Of a stretch of 64,000 nt of DNA, positions 1 to 10,663 are shown one piece after another. The translations under genes and the position numbers were made by a program. The stretch lies in the NCBI GenBank assembly GCA_963745075.1, contig CAVUWV010000015.1, positions 64,001 to 128,000 of the forward strand. The letters run 5' to 3'. This DNA comes from Candidatus Hydrogenedentota bacterium. Its GTDB lineage: Bacteria; Hydrogenedentota; Hydrogenedentia; Hydrogenedentales; SLHB01. Each line of letters starts with the position of its first letter. The first letter of the stretch is position 1. The notes beneath the pieces are model-generated. The model was not told the DNA's origin, ran no database searches, and was given only the letters and a program-made list of their open reading frames with translations.

Positions 1-1
1 T

Positions 2-784
2 ATGACTCCCGAACTTGTCATATTTGTCGCCTTTCTCGTGGGCGGAATCGTCCATACCACCGCCGGTTTTGGGTCGGCGCTCGTCGCCATGCCGCTGACC
101 ACGCTGGTCATCGACGTGCGCGTCGCAACCCCCCTGCAGGCGCTGGCCGGACTGTCGTTGTGTATCCTCATCTTCTACCAGCACCGCGAACACTGGCTCT
201 GGTGGGAATCGCTCCCGCTCATTCTCGGCGCGCTTGTAGGCATTCCCATCGGCACCTATGCCCTCACATCGTTGCCGCAATCCACTGTGCTGGGCTGTCT
301 TGCCTTCGTTGTACTCGGATACGCGTTTTTTGACCTGATCGCAACCGGACGGCGTGGGAAAGAAGAGTTACTTGACGAAGGTGCTGACGAGCCGTCCGCA
401 ACGAAGATACAGGCCGGGAGCGCCTGCGTGGTTGGGCTCTTGTCCGGAATCTTGGGGGGCGCCTACGCAACGGGTGGTCCGCCGGTGGTCATTTATGCGG
501 CCATTCGCGGTTGGCATAAGGAACGATTCAAATCCATCGTTCAGAGCCTGTTCATTTTCAGCGGAAGTTTTCTGCTCGTCTGGCAGGCCGCGCACGGACT
601 CATCACCCGGGACGTCGGTCGGTACGCGATCTTCGCGTTTCCAGGGCTATTCTGCGGCATGCTGATCGGACGCGCCGTCGATCGTTACATCGACCACGCA
701 CGCTTTCGAAGACTCGTGCTGGGCATGTTGGTTTTCCTGGGCACCGTGCTGTTGTTTCGGTCATTGTTCGGGATGATCGGATAG
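2..784 (+). CDS. Sulfite exporter TauE/SafE family membrane protein
   Basis: 260 aa, about 8 hydrophobic helices; N-terminal GIVHTTAGFGSALVAMP and second-repeat GILGGAYATGGPP motifs typical of TauE/SafE. Confidence 0.85.
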   Translation: MTPELVIFVAFLVGGIVHTTAGFGSALVAMPLTTLVIDVRVATPLQALAGLSLCILIFYQHREHWLWWESLPLILGALVGIPIGTYALTSLPQSTVLGCLAFVVLGYAFFDLIATGRRGKEELLDEGADEPSATKIQAGSACVVGLLSGILGGAYATGGPPVVIYAAIRGWHKERFKSIVQSLFIFSGSFLLVWQAAHGLITRDVGRYAIFAFPGLFCGMLIGRAVDRYIDHARFRRLVLGMLVFLGTVLLFRSLFGMIG

Positions 785-786
785 AC

Positions 787-2178
787 CTACGCATCATCAC
801 TGCCGGGAATCAGACGCGCGCGGCTCTCCAGGTCCACGCCCGCGCGCAGTAACCCGCGTCGTCTCAGTGCGTGATAGGCCGATGCTGCGACGGTCAACAC
901 CAAATAAGCGACGGCCACGCTTGGACGTTCCAACGCGATGAGCGCCACGAATCCTACCGATGCGGCAATCGTGATGACCGTGCAGAGGACCAATGACCAC
1001 CGGGGAAAGCGGATGTAAGCCGCTCGATATAGGTCCGGGTGGCGTGCTTGCAGTCGCAAGGAAGCCAGACAGATTGCGGACGTCATGATCTGAATCCCCA
1101 CGGCGGCCATGTATCCGTAAAAATCCAGATCGCGATGTGCCAGCATCAGTACGAGGACCAGTCCGATGAACGCGGTCAATGCTACCAGCGGCGCTTTTGC
1201 GTGGGGCGCGATACGTGCCAGCGGCGCAGGCAAGACACCGTCGCGAGCCTGCGCGTAGATCTCGCGCGGCAAAGCAACCGCGGCGGCGTTCAACGATGTG
1301 AGGCCCGCCGTGACCGCGCCAAAGTTAACGAACGCGACGAGTGCCGGCGGTAACAAGAGGGCCCCCGACGCGCTCAAAGGGGCGTTAATGGACTTGTAGG
1401 TCTCGGAATCGAAGGGCAGCGAGTTCACGAACACGACACCGACGAGCACGTAGATGACGGCCACGACACTCCCACCGATGAACAAGGCGAGCGGAATCGT
1501 TCGGCGAGGCTGCTTAATCTCTTCGCCCATTTCGGCCAGAATCTGGAATCCGAGACAGGTGTTGTAGCAGAGAATCACTGCCATCAGGAATCCGGCAGGT
1601 CCTCCCCGCGGGGTGGTAGAAACCTGAAGATCCACCTCAACAAGCCCCGCGACGATGTAAAGCGCCAACGCTGCGATCATCTGGGCCGCCATGACAACTT
1701 GCAGCCCAATCGCGAACCGCACGCCCAGCAGCAGCACCGCATAGAAACCGGCAATGACCGTTATCGCAGCGAGGTGGGGATGCGCGGCCAGACCGCCCGG
1801 CAAGGGAAGGTAACTGACCAAGGCGAGCGACACCACACAAGTCGAGCACGCGCCTCCCAAAAGGACCCAGGCCGAGGTCACGGTACCCGCCATCGGCGAT
1901 AGCATCCGGCTGGCGTATAAGTACCCCGCGCCCGCCCGTGGCAGTGCACTTGCCAATTGGATGATCGGAATCGCGCCCATGAGCGAGACCACCATGGCCA
2001 GGAGAAACGCCAACCAGATAGCCGTCCCCGCCTGCGCGCCGATGGGACCAATCAGCGCGTAGATTCCCGCACCGACCACCCCGCCCACGACAAAGGCAAT
2101 CGAGCCGCCCAAGCCAATCGTCCGCGCGAGATGGGGAGACGACGCCGGGTAAGAAGCGCTATGCGTGGAGCCCATCAC
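787..2178 (-). CDS. APC family amino acid permease
   Basis: 463 aa, about 12 TM; VVGAGIY, PRAGAGYLYA and GEEIKQPRRTIP motifs of APC transporters. Confidence 0.88.
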   Translation of the reverse strand: MMGSTHSASYPASSPHLARTIGLGGSIAFVVGGVVGAGIYALIGPIGAQAGTAIWLAFLLAMVVSLMGAIPIIQLASALPRAGAGYLYASRMLSPMAGTVTSAWVLLGGACSTCVVSLALVSYLPLPGGLAAHPHLAAITVIAGFYAVLLLGVRFAIGLQVVMAAQMIAALALYIVAGLVEVDLQVSTTPRGGPAGFLMAVILCYNTCLGFQILAEMGEEIKQPRRTIPLALFIGGSVVAVIYVLVGVVFVNSLPFDSETYKSINAPLSASGALLLPPALVAFVNFGAVTAGLTSLNAAAVALPREIYAQARDGVLPAPLARIAPHAKAPLVALTAFIGLVLVLMLAHRDLDFYGYMAAVGIQIMTSAICLASLRLQARHPDLYRAAYIRFPRWSLVLCTVITIAASVGFVALIALERPSVAVAYLVLTVAASAYHALRRRGLLRAGVDLESRARLIPGSDDA

Positions 2179-2185
2179 GGGCGTG

Positions 2186-3845
2186 TCAGTCCTGTCCGCG
2201 CCAATGTACCGCGGACGGCGGCACGTCGTCCTTCAGTGTGATTGACTTGCCGGTGTCGCCGCTCATGGGAACGTCTACGCGAATCTGATCCGTTTGGTCC
2301 CCGGCGACCTCGATCAATGGGCCGGAATCCTTCGAGGTCATGATGCCGGTGAGCAGTGCGTCCCGCACGTTTACGAACCGGATTTGCGGCGTGCCGTCGG
2401 CGTCCATCCGTGCCTGGAACGCGTCTATGCGAAGATCCTGCACGTCGTCGCAAACCATCGCCGATCCGGGTATCCCTGGTCCGGACGGCTTCGGCGCGCC
2501 AAGCTCTCCCTCCGGCCACTCGAGACGTGTGTCGCCTTCGTTCGTCTGACGCCAATAGCCCTCTTCATAACGCACGTCGATATTCCGCATGGTTACACCA
2601 TCCGCATGACGGCAATACCAGGCGTAAGCGGGGAGTCCTTCAAACATGTCCGCCTCGGGGTATCCACCCGGATACTCGGGCACCGGTTCGTCCGCGGCGC
2701 GAAACGGACCGCCGCCAATATAGCTGATGCGAACATCGGACACGCTGACGTTTTCGACGTTATGACCCGGGATTCCGACAATCGAGCACGCCGTCGACGC
2801 CTCCGTCGCCACGACATTATTGATACTGATATTGCGAACGGTCCCGGGTACGGGCGTTTCCATATCGCGCCCCCGATTGCCGAGCCGGATAAAGATCGGC
2901 GCGCGGACGCGGACCATCGTAATGTTCGTCACCACGACACCATCTAGATTGGAACCGTCCACACTTTCCAGTGCAATCCCGGAAATCGCGGGGCGTCTAC
3001 CCTTCAGCCCCGCCATAACGCAGTTGCTCACCGCGATCCGTTTGAAATCCCCCCCTGATTCCGTCCCCAGCTTAAACGCGTTGCACGCGGTCGATAGATA
3101 GCAGTTCGTAACGGTGATATTCTCGGTTGATCGCCGTTCGCCCAGGGAAAAACTGGCTTTCGGCACAATAGCGTCGTCCCAGGACTCGATGTGGCAGTTC
3201 GAAATGCGCACGTTGCGGCACGAATCCGGATCGATACCGTCGCAATACGCGTTGAGAATGGTTACACCGTCGATAGTGACGTAGTCCGTGCCCAACATGC
3301 TGATGCTATAGTTCGGCGCATTCAGGATGCGGATACCCCGGATCTCGACATAGCGGCAGCGCTTCAAGGCAATGGGCTTCGGCCCGCCCCGGCGTTCAAA
3401 ATTCGCGTCGATGGTGCCTTGGCCGACGATCGCGACGCGTTCGAACGTCCTCGCCCCAAATCAGCGCCTGATGGAAGAAACTCGTCTCGCGGTCGGAGTC
3501 ATTCTTGAATCCGAGTTCCTCGTAGGGGTCGTAGTCCTTGAACTCGCGGCTGCCGAGGATGGTCGCGCCGTTGTCCAGGAACAGCGTGACGCCGCTGCGA
3601 AGATGAAGGCTACCGCAAAGATACTTCCCCGGGGGCAAGAAAACCGTACCCCCGCCCGCATCGGCGCAGGTGTCGATGGCACGCTGAACCGCCTCGGTGT
3701 CCTTCGTGACACCATCCCCCACAGCCCCAAATGCGGGCACGCGATAGGGCGATTGTACGTCCACCGGTTCCGCGTGCCCACAGCACAGACCGCCTAACAC
3801 GATCAATGCGCTCACATAGGCCACTGCATTCCGCGCGCAGCGCAT
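2186..3845 (-). CDS. Secreted GH28-like right-handed beta-helix glycoside hydrolase; split by one +1 frameshift near 3445
   Basis: ORF 3396-3845 has a signal peptide and FGAVGDGVTKDTEAVQRAIDTC...GGGTVFLPPGKY (pectate_lyase_3-type start); removing one base in GACGTTCGAACGC joins it to ERVAIVGQGTIDANF and ORF 2186-3367 with DGIDPD and WDDAI motifs. Confidence 0.82.
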
Positions 3846-3867
3846 AGTTCAGACCTCCCCGGGTTGG

Positions 3868-4788
3868 CTATTCCGATTCCGGTGCTTCGCCCGCCGCAGT
3901 CAGGCGTTTCTTGGCCTCCTCGTACACGTCATCAGGCAACGGACCCCGTTCGGCCACCGCGACGTTTTCCTTGAGGTGTTCCGGTATCAGGGTCCCGACA
4001 ATCGTCGTATGGCAATGGGGGTGGCTAAGCGTGAAACGCAGCAGGAAGGCCGTGCGCGACTCATTCGGTTCCCGCAACTCGTCCAGCTTGGCCGCTTCGA
4101 ACTTCTTCCACCGCTCCTCGTTACTGCCGCCCTGCGCAACACCCGGTTCGCCGCGGGCCGCGCCGCCGCGGATGATAATGCCTGCGCCCGCTTCCGCCGC
4201 CTTCGTGATCAGATTCTCATGCCGCCGTTCCAGGGCAGAGTAGGGGATCTGAAACACGTCAAACACGCCCCAGTCGATATACGTCGCAAGATGCGGGCTG
4301 GTACTGGAGCATCCGATGAATTTGGTGGCGCCCATTTCCTTGATCTCGTTCAGGGTATCCACCAGCTTAAATTCCTCCGCCTGTTCCACCGTCGGATTGT
4401 GGAGCTGCAGAAGGTCCACATAGTCGACCTGCATCTTCATCAGCGAATCGGCGATGTTCCGCAGTAAATTGTCCCTGGTCCAGATATGCGGGGTTTCGTC
4501 GTGATCGCCCGCGTAGGTTACGTGACACCCGCATTTGGTCGCCAGATAGAATTCGTCGCGTCGGCCGGACAGATACCGCCCGAGATACATCTCACTTTTG
4601 CCGTAATCGTTGGCCGTGTCGATGAAGTTGATGCCGGCGTCGACCACAGCGTTGAGGATGACCTTGGCCTGATCGTCGGTGCACGGGCGGCCGCCCCAGA
4701 TGCGTTCGCCCCGGACTTCCATGGCCCCATGGCCCAACTGCGTAACTTCCAGCCCCGTTCGTCCGAGGGTTCGTTTGGGTAAACTCAT
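3868..4788 (-). CDS. Aldo/keto reductase
   Basis: RTLGRTGLEV, GINFIDTANDYG, ATKCG, DLLQLH motifs; start placed at ATG 4788 behind AAGGAG. Confidence 0.92.
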   Translation of the reverse strand: MSLPKRTLGRTGLEVTQLGHGAMEVRGERIWGGRPCTDDQAKVILNAVVDAGINFIDTANDYGKSEMYLGRYLSGRRDEFYLATKCGCHVTYAGDHDETPHIWTRDNLLRNIADSLMKMQVDYVDLLQLHNPTVEQAEEFKLVDTLNEIKEMGATKFIGCSSTSPHLATYIDWGVFDVFQIPYSALERRHENLITKAAEAGAGIIIRGGAARGEPGVAQGGSNEERWKKFEAAKLDELREPNESRTAFLLRFTLSHPHCHTTIVGTLIPEHLKENVAVAERGPLPDDVYEEAKKRLTAAGEAPESE

Positions 4789-4939
4789 AGCGGCACTCCT
4801 TTTGGTTACACGCACTGCGATTGTGAATCAGTGGGCTCGACCCCATTCTAGCGATTCAGCCCGCGCGAGCAAATCGAGGCTTCTTTTACCTTTCGGCGGA
4901 ATATGGTTAGACTGTTTCCGGCTGACAAGGAGGATGACT

Positions 4940-6445
4940 ATGGCAGTCTATCTACTCGCGGCGGTACTTTGCATGGCCGACCCGCCCAGCGCCGGTGTGG
5001 ATTCGCCACACGTGAGTTTCCGCGTCGTAGACAGCGCGACCTTGGAACCCATTCCGTGCCGTATTCACCTCTTGAACGCCGACGGTGAGGCGCAAAATCC
5101 GGATGGCCTGCCCTTCTTTCGTAATCATTTTGTGTGCGAGGGTACGGTCACCGTGGGTGTCGCGCCCGGGGTGTATACCTACGAAATCGAACGCGGCCCC
5201 GAATACGACACGGCGCGAGGCAAACTCACACTGACCGCAGGCCAGGAGTACACGCAGGAAACGAAGCTGCGACGGATTGCAGACTTACCGGGTCGCGGCT
5301 GGTACCCCGGCGATCTACACGTCCATCGTCCCGTAGAAGACATTGAACTGCTCATGCGCGCCGAAGACCTCTACGTCGCGCCGGTCATCACGTGGTGGAA
5401 CCAGAAGAACCAGTGGTCAGACCGCGCGCTTCCGAAAGACCCCTTGGTACAGTTTGACGGACAGCGGTTCTACCACCTCATGGCCGGCGAAGACGAGCGG
5501 AACGGAGGTGCGTTCCTCTATTTCAACCGAACAAGCCCCCTCGATTTCGGCGATGCCGGCAAGGAGTGGCCGTCGCCCATCGCGTTTCTCGAAAAGAAAG
5601 GCCCGGACACGTGGATCGACATCGAGAAACCCTTCTGGTGGGACGTGCCGGTAGCGCTGGCCCACGGATTCGGCGATTCCATCGGCTTGGCCAACAACCA
5701 CATGTGTCGCAGTTCCATGTACGAAACTGAAGCCTGGGGACACCCGCGCGACGACAAACGCCTGCCCCCGCCGCGCGGCAATGGCTTCTGGTCCCAGGAG
5801 ATTTACTACCACATTCTCAATTGCGGGATTCGAATTCCGCCATCGGCGGGCAGTGCGTCGGGTGTGTTACCAAATCCCCTGGGATATGACCGCGTCTACG
5901 TCCACGTCCCCGGCGAGTTCACCTACGAGAAGTGGTGGGAGGGACTGCGTGCCGGACAGTGTTTCGTCACCAACGGCCCGTTGATGCTGGTCCGCGCCAA
6001 CGGGGAGCTTCCCGGACACGTGTTCCAGTCGGATGGCCCGATCGAGATTGCGCTTGCCGCAGAGATCACCACGCGCGACCCGATTCCGGATATCGAGATT
6101 GTGAAGAATGGCGACGTCGTACAAAGCGTGCCGTTTGAGGATTGGAAGAAGAACAATTCTCTCGGCTCGCTGCGGTTCGACGAGAGCGGCTGGTTCCTCA
6201 TTCGTGCGATTGCCGACGTTCCCGACACATTCCGCTTCGCGTCCTCGGCGCCGTTCTACGTGGAAATCGGCGATTCACCCCGGCGCATCAGCCAGGCTTC
6301 CGCGCAGTTCTTCCTCGACTGGGTTCGCGAACGCGCCGCCGCAATCAATCTGAAAGACGTACCCCATCAGGTCGAGGTCATGCGCTACCACGACGAAGCG
6401 GTGAAATTCTGGGAAGCCAAAGTTGTTCAGGCCAACGCCGACTAG
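4940..6445 (+). CDS. Secreted CehA/McbA-type (PHP-like) metallohydrolase
   Basis: AAGGAGG RBS 4927-4933, signal peptide, GWYPGDLHVH metal motif, SAGS...GYDRVYV and GQCFVTNGP motifs. Confidence 0.75.
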   Translation: MAVYLLAAVLCMADPPSAGVDSPHVSFRVVDSATLEPIPCRIHLLNADGEAQNPDGLPFFRNHFVCEGTVTVGVAPGVYTYEIERGPEYDTARGKLTLTAGQEYTQETKLRRIADLPGRGWYPGDLHVHRPVEDIELLMRAEDLYVAPVITWWNQKNQWSDRALPKDPLVQFDGQRFYHLMAGEDERNGGAFLYFNRTSPLDFGDAGKEWPSPIAFLEKKGPDTWIDIEKPFWWDVPVALAHGFGDSIGLANNHMCRSSMYETEAWGHPRDDKRLPPPRGNGFWSQEIYYHILNCGIRIPPSAGSASGVLPNPLGYDRVYVHVPGEFTYEKWWEGLRAGQCFVTNGPLMLVRANGELPGHVFQSDGPIEIALAAEITTRDPIPDIEIVKNGDVVQSVPFEDWKKNNSLGSLRFDESGWFLIRAIADVPDTFRFASSAPFYVEIGDSPRRISQASAQFFLDWVRERAAAINLKDVPHQVEVMRYHDEAVKFWEAKVVQANAD

Positions 6446-6458
6446 GGCTGGACCTGCA

Positions 6459-8226
6459 TTACTTTCCTTCCGCGCAGTACCGCAGCCAGACAGCGAAGGT
6501 CGCGGGCTCGTGCCGCGTTGCTTCCGATAGTGGCTCCAGCACCACGTGCTGTGGATCCGGGTAGCCACCATGGATGTAGGTACAAGCCACCCGGGCGGCT
6601 GGTATCGCGAGAGGCTCCGTGCTACCCCATTGCCCGCTGACCGTAGCCGGTAACAGAACTCGGTTTTCCTGCCAGGGCTCGCCGTAAAACAGCGGGGCGT
6701 CCACTTCATTTGCCCCTAGAATCCATGGCCCGCGCAACAGGACGGCCTCCGTCGGTTCGCCGGTGAGTTGGTCCGGCGTGATGGTCGAACCGTCACGCTT
6801 CAGGAGCCGCGTGGCCAATTCCATGTGGATTGCAAGCCCGTCTCCGGTGTGTAACGTCGCTTGCGGCACGAGGTATTCGCCGTCTACGTGCGACGAAACG
6901 TCACATGCCATTGAACAACACCGTCATTGCGGTAACCCAAGACGGTCGCCGGATCGCCACACGCAATCCCTCCTGCGGAGCTTGATCCACCGTAAGCAGG
7001 TATGCCGGGCTTGTCGATTCTAACGTGACCGTGCGCGAACCGTCGGACCAATGCGCCCCGAGGAACAGATTAACCTTCAGTACGCCCGCATCGTCGGTGA
7101 TGATCGCGTCGGTGATATCACGAAAGGCGCGCAGCCCATGCATCGTGCAGCACCACCACGCACGGCCCTGTCCCAGCGAAGGCGCTACGCCTTGGGAAAA
7201 GAACACGCGGTGACCGAAGTCGCCCGTAGCGTACTGGCCGTCGTAAAATTGGTTAAGCAAACACCATTCCGCCCGCTCCAGGTAGTTGATTTCGCCGGTC
7301 GCGCGCCACAACTGGAGACTCAATCGAATGAAGTCGGCTTCCGAACAGCCTTCATCGCGGTCGTACTTCGTACCGAAATACTCCCGCACGCCTCCATACA
7401 CCAGAAGATCGGGAGACGCAACGAGGTCATCATAGAGCCGCTTGGCCAAATCGAGGTATTGCGGGTCCTTCGACGCCTCGCTGAGATCGACGAGACCGCG
7501 AAGCGTGGTTAAGTAACCGTGAGTGTGTTGGGCGCCCCGTTCCTGCGGAAACCAGGGCAGAATGGCTTTTGCGTCGTCGATATACGCCGTATCACCGGTC
7601 GCCTCGGCCAACATCGCGAAAGGCTCGATCAACTGGCTCAAACAAATCATGCCCGCCGCGCCCAGGTCGTTCACGTGCTTGACTACCGACTCCGACATGC
7701 AGCCCTCGGACGCAGCGGCGAGAAAGTCGCCTGACCGCCGCGCGGCTTCGAGTACCTTAGGATCGGACGTCGCCGCGTGGTACTCAAGAAGACCGACCAG
7801 CAGGCGGCCATTCCCCCAGAGGAGCGCCATGTGGTCCAGGCCAATCGCGTCCGGTGCAAATTCCAGGTCGGTACTCCCGAACCGGCCGTCCGGTTTCTGA
7901 TAAGTCAGTATCTCATCCACGACGCCGGCCAGATGTTGACTGTCGTCCGATTTGGGCATACACGCGAACGCGCCCACGTACCGCCCCGAGAGATCGCCAC
8001 TGTAGTTGGCGAATCGCCGGGGATAGTCCGGCCGCAACGCGACGTCCGCCACGATGAAATCGTCGGTGTATCGGGGATTGTCGCCGGTTAGCATGCGGTT
8101 TTGAACCATCTCCACACGCTGCAACAATTCACCGCGAGGTTCCGCCATGGAACTGTCCCCCTGGGTTGGCGCTCCGCCGAGAGCTACGGCACTCAACAGC
8201 ATCAAACACGATATCGCATGTAACAT
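6459..8226 (-). CDS. Secreted GH127/GH146-like (beta-L-arabinofuranosidase-like) protein; split by one frameshift near 6905
   Basis: Signal peptide; EGC...YLERAEWCLLNQF and WWCC cysteine motifs; C-terminal RRPSW...NG...DGEYL...AVLLRGPWIL beta-sandwich continues in ORF 6459-6911 in the adjacent frame. Confidence 0.78.
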
Positions 8227-8274
8227 TTCTTAAAAACCTCCCCCTTCTTCAAAACGCCGGTATTCGATCGAGTA

Positions 8275-10554
8275 CTATTCCGGTGTGTTTGACATCGCTT
8301 TCAACCGTTGCCGTTGCGCCGGCAGCCAATGCTCCTGCAAGTCGCGGCAGTTGATCACTTTTTCCACCAGGTCGATGGGCACATAAAAATACTGGTTGGA
8401 CGCCTCGAACCCGATTCGCGAGTCCCGCGTCTGGATGGCATGCAGCCGGGTTGCCAAATCGATTTCGTTGGCCAGCACATCCTCCAATGTGGCGAATGCA
8501 TCTTCAGCCCCTTCCAACGATGTTGCGTTCAACACCACGTCCCGCGCTTGAACGAAGCGAGACTGGTTCGCGACGCTGCGGAAGTGAATCGCGGCCGCTT
8601 CCATCACGTTAAGCTCACCCTGCAGCGCCTCGGAAACGGTGTCCCCGGCGGCATTGCGCAGGCCCGCAAGGGCCGCGTCGAATCCGTCGGCCATCTTCGT
8701 GAACTGGCCGATGAACACGTCCGCGGGATACATGGCGCGCCAGCCCTTGAGGTCGTCATAGGGAATCCCCACCATGGTTGAGGCGTATCCCGTCGGCTCG
8801 CCAAAGAGCGGATTTGCCGGGCCCATTTGCATGGGGGCCCGATACACGACGCTTCCGTTGTACGGAAACTCGCTGAAGGCTGTACTGCACTGCTTCCACG
8901 CCGTCACGACCGCCGGTGCGAGATCCACGCCGTAGCGACGCGTCGCCACCGCCGTCATGGCCTGATCCGGCGTGATGTCCGGTGTGTCCGCCCGGCCCAT
9001 TTCCGCAACAACTTCCAGGTTCGGGGATGGATACCCACCGAGGGTCCAGCCCAACATGAGGCCGTCCACGTTCGCTTTCCGTAGGTTGGCCGCGTGCTGT
9101 GCGACGTTCTCCAGCGCCGGGATATACGGCACGGCGGACAATTCCCACGTATTGCCCGCCTGAATCTTCGCGATGGTTCGCATGCCCCGCGCATGGGCCG
9201 CTGCCCAGTGTTTTGTCGCGCGCGGGCCCGGACCGATCGTCGATATGGAATACTCGCCGACGGCGCTGTCGACGCCGCCCCGCGAAATCGGAATGCTCCA
9301 TTCGCTGACGCTCTGCAACGTGACTTCCGTGGGCAGCGCGTTGATCGCGTCAACGGCCCAGTCATCTTGCCATCCCCAATCCCAGGCAATTAGCCGGGTG
9401 TCCGTACCGGCTTTGTCGATGCCCGCCTGGATGATCGCATTGACCTCCGCGATGACCTCGGCAGCAGGCCGTTTGCTGCACCGCGGGCAGCCGCCGCCAT
9501 TGTGGTGAGACCAGCAGTTGGTCAGGTTTTCCGACGCAGTGATCGTGAAGAATCCAGCCAAATCCGGCACCGCCGTGCAAATAGACGCAATCGAGTCCTC
9601 GATATACGCGCGGACCTCAGGAGCGCTCGTACACATGGCAGCATGGTCGCCCTCGACAACCCCCTTTAGGTCCGGGTGCTCCTCGAAAAACGCAAGCGGC
9701 ATGGCGCGCGGCTCATTCAGGTAGAGATAGATGCCGACGCCATGTTCCTTGGCCCGTGCGACGAGGGCGCGCAAGTTCTCCAGCCGCTCCTCGTATCGGT
9801 CGCTGAGCGCGGGATTCCAGGGAAAGGGCGCCAGCTTATACAGCACCGCCTGCAACCAGACCCCATTCGCGCCGGCACCCGCCATGCGCGCCAACAACCC
9901 GTCGGGATAGGGGTCCGCCTCGGGTTCCAGCAGGGGATCGCCGTACAACGCAAAATAGGAGTAGCAGTAGCGTGGATTGAAGCCGCTTTCGACGGGTTTC
10001 GGCAGCTCCTTTGGCGGTTCGGACAGCCGCGCGACAAATCCAAACAGGGGATCGTTGAATTGCTCCGTCCCATCCGGAAACGCGTGCCGGACTTCATGGG
10101 CGATCAACCGTTCCTGCGCCAGCGTGTTTACATCCGGCGGCGTGTAGTGTAAAGGCTCGCAATGGGGTTTGAGACTGCCCAGCTTGATGTACAGAAAGTC
10201 GTCCTCGCGAAGGGTGAACGCGAGTTGCTCCTCGGTCCAACCCAACAGATCCAGCAATTGGTCGTATGGTAACAAATGCCAATTCCGCCGTATGACGGTG
10301 ATGTAAGATCGCCGGCGCAGGTCTTCGGTGATCGCAGGGGGATCGCCCAGCCCCATCGCCTTGCCCATACGAACCACGTCGGCCGGTTTCGCGCCGATCA
10401 CGCGCGCCATATCCTCCGCGGGTATGAGTTCCCAGTTACGCCACACGAAGGCGTGCACCGTGTCCGGAAAATGATGGTACGAAAGGGCCTCGGGTGCGGG
10501 ACCTTCCGGGAGTTGAGCGGCTGCGACCATCGCGCTAATCACGACAAACATCAT
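8275..10554 (-). CDS. Large secreted hypothetical protein, probable TIM-barrel glycoside hydrolase-like
   Basis: 759 aa, N-terminal signal; GANGVWLQ, GVGIYLYLNEP, VPDLAGFFTITASE strand pattern resembles GH-A-like barrels; family not recognised. Confidence 0.6.
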   Translation of the reverse strand: MMFVVISAMVAAAQLPEGPAPEALSYHHFPDTVHAFVWRNWELIPAEDMARVIGAKPADVVRMGKAMGLGDPPAITEDLRRRSYITVIRRNWHLLPYDQLLDLLGWTEEQLAFTLREDDFLYIKLGSLKPHCEPLHYTPPDVNTLAQERLIAHEVRHAFPDGTEQFNDPLFGFVARLSEPPKELPKPVESGFNPRYCYSYFALYGDPLLEPEADPYPDGLLARMAGAGANGVWLQAVLYKLAPFPWNPALSDRYEERLENLRALVARAKEHGVGIYLYLNEPRAMPLAFFEEHPDLKGVVEGDHAAMCTSAPEVRAYIEDSIASICTAVPDLAGFFTITASENLTNCWSHHNGGGCPRCSKRPAAEVIAEVNAIIQAGIDKAGTDTRLIAWDWGWQDDWAVDAINALPTEVTLQSVSEWSIPISRGGVDSAVGEYSISTIGPGPRATKHWAAAHARGMRTIAKIQAGNTWELSAVPYIPALENVAQHAANLRKANVDGLMLGWTLGGYPSPNLEVVAEMGRADTPDITPDQAMTAVATRRYGVDLAPAVVTAWKQCSTAFSEFPYNGSVVYRAPMQMGPANPLFGEPTGYASTMVGIPYDDLKGWRAMYPADVFIGQFTKMADGFDAALAGLRNAAGDTVSEALQGELNVMEAAAIHFRSVANQSRFVQARDVVLNATSLEGAEDAFATLEDVLANEIDLATRLHAIQTRDSRIGFEASNQYFYVPIDLVEKVINCRDLQEHWLPAQRQRLKAMSNTPE

Positions 10555-10663
10555 GGTATCTTCCTTTCCATTTCACTACAGCCTACTCCATGAATGGATA
10601 GCAAAGAAACCCTGCAAATATTCCGTTGAACGCAGTTCGTGGAACCAGTACACTCGCGCGATT

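Noticed and set aside
4679..4939. Long N-terminal extensions given by the ORF track (also 10553, 25096, 49993, 57701)
   Set aside because: They overlap neighbouring genes or promoters; downstream starts have an RBS or promoter and restore signal peptides
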